Assembly: GCA_000708835.1 (NCBI GenBank)
Contig: DF237552.1
Span: 1 to 52,976, forward strand
Source of the DNA: Klebsormidium nitens
Taxonomy: Eukaryota > Plantae > Klebsormidiophyceae
Direction: 5' to 3'
Length of the DNA: 52,976 nt
The notes under the pieces were generated by a model, which worked only from the letters and a program-made list of their open reading frames with translations, did no database searches and had not been told where the DNA came from. Within the stretch, counting starts at the first letter, position 1. Every line of letters begins with the position of its first letter. A program made the position numbers and the translations under genes. Positions 49,593 through 52,976 of the stretch are shown in pieces.

Positions 49593-50456
49593 GTGGCTAG
49601 TCCAACACGGATTTGTGTGTTTCTTGCAAACGCTGTGCACTTCAAGTTCAACTTCAAAGCGACGCATCTGAAACTTGATTGGTGCGGTAAAAGCAAAGTA
49701 TCCATTGGGAATCTGAGAAGTCAGAGCTATTGGCTTGGCCAATGTTTGTTCCTCATTCTCTTGCCTGCGCTGGTCATCGTGGCCATGGGGTTGCAGCGCA
49801 GTGGGGTGCTGCTGCGCCTGGAGCGCTGGTGGGCGGGGGTGCCGCAGCCGTCCACGCTGCAGCTGGGCTTTGCCACTGCCGCGTTCGCCGTCGTGTTCAA
49901 GCTGGCCATGCTGGTGAGGCACACCCCAAAGGATCAGGGCAGCGGCTGCCAGCTCTGCACAATAGTCTTGCGCCGTGTGGCCCTGTTGAGTGCTTGCTGC
50001 GCAGGCTGTGGGCCTGGTCCCGCTGCCAGGCGGGATCCGTCCAGGCGGCTCGTCCCATGAGTGGGGCCTGTGCTGCTCTCACGTACGGAGGGGCAGGCTG
50101 AGGCCCTAGGGGCAGCGCCAATGTGGCGCGCAGGCAGGCGTAACAATGGTGGAGGCGCTCATCCTGCTGGAACAGAAGCGGGGTATCTCCCCACCTGTCT
50201 TCAGGCAGAAGCGCTGCTATGCTCATTGGTCTCCGCTCTCCCTGACCCCTGCTGCTTGTCCTCTGTGCTGCAGTACGACGAGAGCTGTGAGCCGGAACGT
50301 GCCGCCATGAAGGCGCGCGAGCAAACGGAGGCCAACGCGCGGGCGGGCACGCTCACCCGCCGGGAGTGGGAGCGACTGCAGCAAGTGCGGCCGCACAGCC
50401 CCTTTGACACACAAAGGGGACCCCAGGGGGACACGACCCATGAGGGGCTCCGGTGA
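49593..50456 (+). CDS. Uncharacterised membrane-associated protein; start and 3' end uncertain
   Basis: A GC-rich coding-like exon ends at donor 49913|GTGAG (LQLGFATAAFAVVFKLAML) and splices in phase 0 to acceptor 50274 (YDESCEPERAAMKAREQ...REWERLQQVRPHSPFD). The first in-frame ATG is at 49785. A strong donor CG|GTGAGT at 50452/50453 suggests a further exon. Confidence 0.5.
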
Positions 50457-51453
50457 GTTACGGCAACGTGCGCCCAGGCGACGAGGCCGGCAGGGGAGGG
50501 GCTGATCGACTAGGGGAGAGGCCAACCTCTTGGCCGGCTGGCTCTCGACGGGAAGGCTGGCAGAAGGGGTTCGGGGCATGTAGCCTGTGGTCGAGCATGG
50601 AGCAAGGGCTTGGGGGCAATGCAAGCGCTTGTATGCACACGCAGGTCGGGGGTGTGAGCACAGGTGGTTCACACCGTTGTGTTCAGCGAAGCCATGGGCA
50701 GCAGGGCGGATGAAAGCGTCATCTGTGTTCGCTTACGGGACGGGACACGGCAACGACAATACAGGGGCTTAGTGGCTGCCACTTTGCATCCTCCGCGATA
50801 AAAGAACCAAATGTTGGGTTAACGCCCAACTCGGAGAGGTTGAATTTCGGAAAGCTGCTGGTCACTACCAGACGCATAGCCCATTTTGCAAGCGCCAGCC
50901 CCTGCATTCTCACACTGGCTACACGCTGCCGGATGGTCAGAACCAGCTTATGGACTCCGCCCCTTGTCTCGGAGGTCCAAGTGCTACCACCATCCCTTGG
51001 TTCGGGGCTCAGGAAGACATCCGAGGCTGGAGGCAGGCCGGAGCCGGTGGTCCGATCCAGGGGCTTCTTCTATCTTGGAAGAAGAACCATTGCTGTCGTG
51101 ATTGGTGCAATCGATCCGGACCACGTGCTCTGAAGTCAAGGCTTTCCTTTCGTAATGCCCTTGGCAAAGCCAATTCTCAAACAGAGACCCATCAGACTTC
51201 GATTGAGCCTTCACTTCTATTCGACCTTGACATGCCGCTCTAGTACGTCCCTGCTGCGCATGGAAAAAAGGCGTGAAGACGCTGAGGTGCACGTTAGGAA
51301 GGCCCGGTGCACATTTCCGAGATAGGAACAAAGATGATACAAGGGTCTACCGCACTTACATATATATGCCACTCCATGCAATAGCTACTAATTCTTCTTA
51401 AGTTCGCATGATGCATATTGTCGCACTAAATCATGCCGCGACCTTAATAATAC

Positions 51454-51487
51454 GTGCAGCTGAATTAGGGAGATAATTCAGCTGCAC
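51454..51487. repeat. Perfect 14-bp-stem hairpin in AT-rich intergenic DNA
   Basis: GTGCAGCTGAATTA-GGGAGA-TAATTCAGCTGCAC. Confidence 0.9.
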
Positions 51488-52261
51488 ATACGCATTAGCT
51501 TCGTTGCAGGCCGCAGCTCGTTTGCTGTTTTTATACCGGATGATATGGTAAGCATAGTGTATAAAGTGCACATTGATGCATCATGCAAGCCTGACTTTAT
51601 AAGGAAGACACATGCATGTGAGGTAGTGTGTACTCACTGCAAGCTTCAGTATCACCGATGATTGGCAACTGCCCTAAAGGTCGCAACATTCACGGTCACC
51701 ACATGTTGCACTGCACCATGTAACCCATGCATGTACGTCAACCAATGCAGACAGGAATCCATGAATGTTATGCGATTCAACACGATGAGTTTGTCATTCA
51801 CTCGTGACCATTGTGTATGGACCAACCAAAGACAACTCTTCCGAACCAAACTTAACATAACTTGACCAGAACGTTTTGCTTTTCAGTGATCATTGCTCCG
51901 GCCATGTGTGCAGATACATCGTATCATCACAGAAGCTTTGGACGGACTACATGCTTAGCTTTCACATGCTGTTCAGTACAATTGCTTCGTTTTGTTGACA
52001 TTGCCGGAAGCATCAGTTTGGCAACCTGGAGGGGCCTTATTTGCATTCCAACCATAATCTTTGTCAGACATCGCGTCCTCTTCTGTATCCTCGCCGATAC
52101 AAAGGGCCTACCCATGACGCTGGTCAGCGCCGCGCCAGCCGCCAGCCTTCAAGTTGGCTGTATGTGCTGGTGCTGTGCCCCAGCCCAGGTGGCGCTCCTT
52201 GCGCCGGCGGCCTGCCCCTGCCTCGTCCAACGCCGTCCAACACCGAGACAGAGGGGCCGCG

Positions 52262-52976
52262 TCATACGGCGCCCTCGTGCGTGTCTTGTCTCCGGGCTCG
52301 CTTTGCCTCGGGCTCGCCGTCCTCGGCAGCGTCGGGGTCGGCCTGCACCGGCGTCAGCACACGAGCATCAACATTGCGAGGTTGGGCCGACAACCTCCCA
52401 CGGCAACGTTGCGAGTCAAGGCTAGCCGAGGACGGCCCTGTCGGCGCCTCTCTCCTCTTCCGAAACAAGGCAACGAATCCGCACACGAGCAGGTCCCGGC
52501 AGCCTCACCTTCACCTCTGGTGCACGCGCTGGGCCGCCTGCCTCCGTCCCTGGCTGCGCCTCGTCGAGCTGTGTCCCGGCCTCCCCGTCCTCCTGCTTGG
52601 GCACTCGCAGCGCCCCCCGCGCCTCGCCGGCCTCGCCCCCGCCCCACTGCTTTGCCACCGCCCCGCCTCCCTGCGCCCCCTCCAGCAGCGCCACAAGGTC
52701 GCCCAGCTCCTCCCGCAGGCTGCTCGTCGCTCCCCCGTTGTCCGTGCTCTCCCCCTCGGTGTGCTCCGTCGCTTCGTCCGCCGTGCCGTTTGCGAGCGCG
52801 TCCCTGTCTGCGCGGCACTTGACGTGCACGATGGGCCCGCGCTCCGCTCCGTCTGCGTCGTCGTGCAGGTAGCTCGCCCCCCGGTACATCCACTCGTCCT
52901 CCTCGGCGCTCCAAAACACCTCAAACGCCTCCCCGCACAGCGCGCACGTGCTCTGGGCCTCGTCCGCCGGCACTGC
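52262..52976 (-). CDS. PCFS4: 3' end of PCF11/PCFS4-like cleavage and polyadenylation factor (partial; continues beyond the window)
   Basis: [36 protein letters not shown]...GPIVHVKC is the C-terminal zinc-binding motif of Pcf11/PCFS4. The exon runs to 52509 (AAG|GTGAGG) and the last exon is 52342-52262, ending [15 protein letters not shown]. Confidence 0.85.

Overview
Eukaryotic nuclear DNA, intron-rich and gene-dense, with GT-AG introns of a few hundred bp. It most likely comes from a streptophyte (charophyte-type) green alga; this is inferred from nuclear cpTatC and plastid bL9, a land-plant-type CSLC and plant-type ARP4 and PCFS4 sequences. Most entries in the ORF track are exon fragments or GC-rich shadow frames. 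I assembled 11 spliced genes by hand: cpTatC (+), FAM192A/PIP30-like (-), SWIM+RING protein (+), ARP4 (-), CSN4 (+), CNX2/MoaA (-), RRP9/U3-55K (+), CSLC-type GT2 (-), plastid RPL9 (-), an uncharacterised membrane protein (+) and the 3' end of a PCFS4/Pcf11-like gene (-). The intergenic DNA holds small non-autonomous DNA-transposon-like elements. One is an hAT-type element (13-bp TIR, 8-bp TSD) spanning the 743-N gap and nested in a TA-flanked TIR element; a 218-bp MITE of the same family lies between ARP4 and CSN4. There is also a ~190-bp tandem duplication and several palindrome-rich islands. No CRISPR array, tRNA or rRNA was seen, and I found no clearly novel multi-gene system. The most notable points are the nested transposon family, an algal CSLC, a natural near-FLAG epitope, near-perfect strand alternation of genes, and acceptor-like YAG sites just upstream of most start codons. 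Gene names come from my recall of family motifs, not from database searches.
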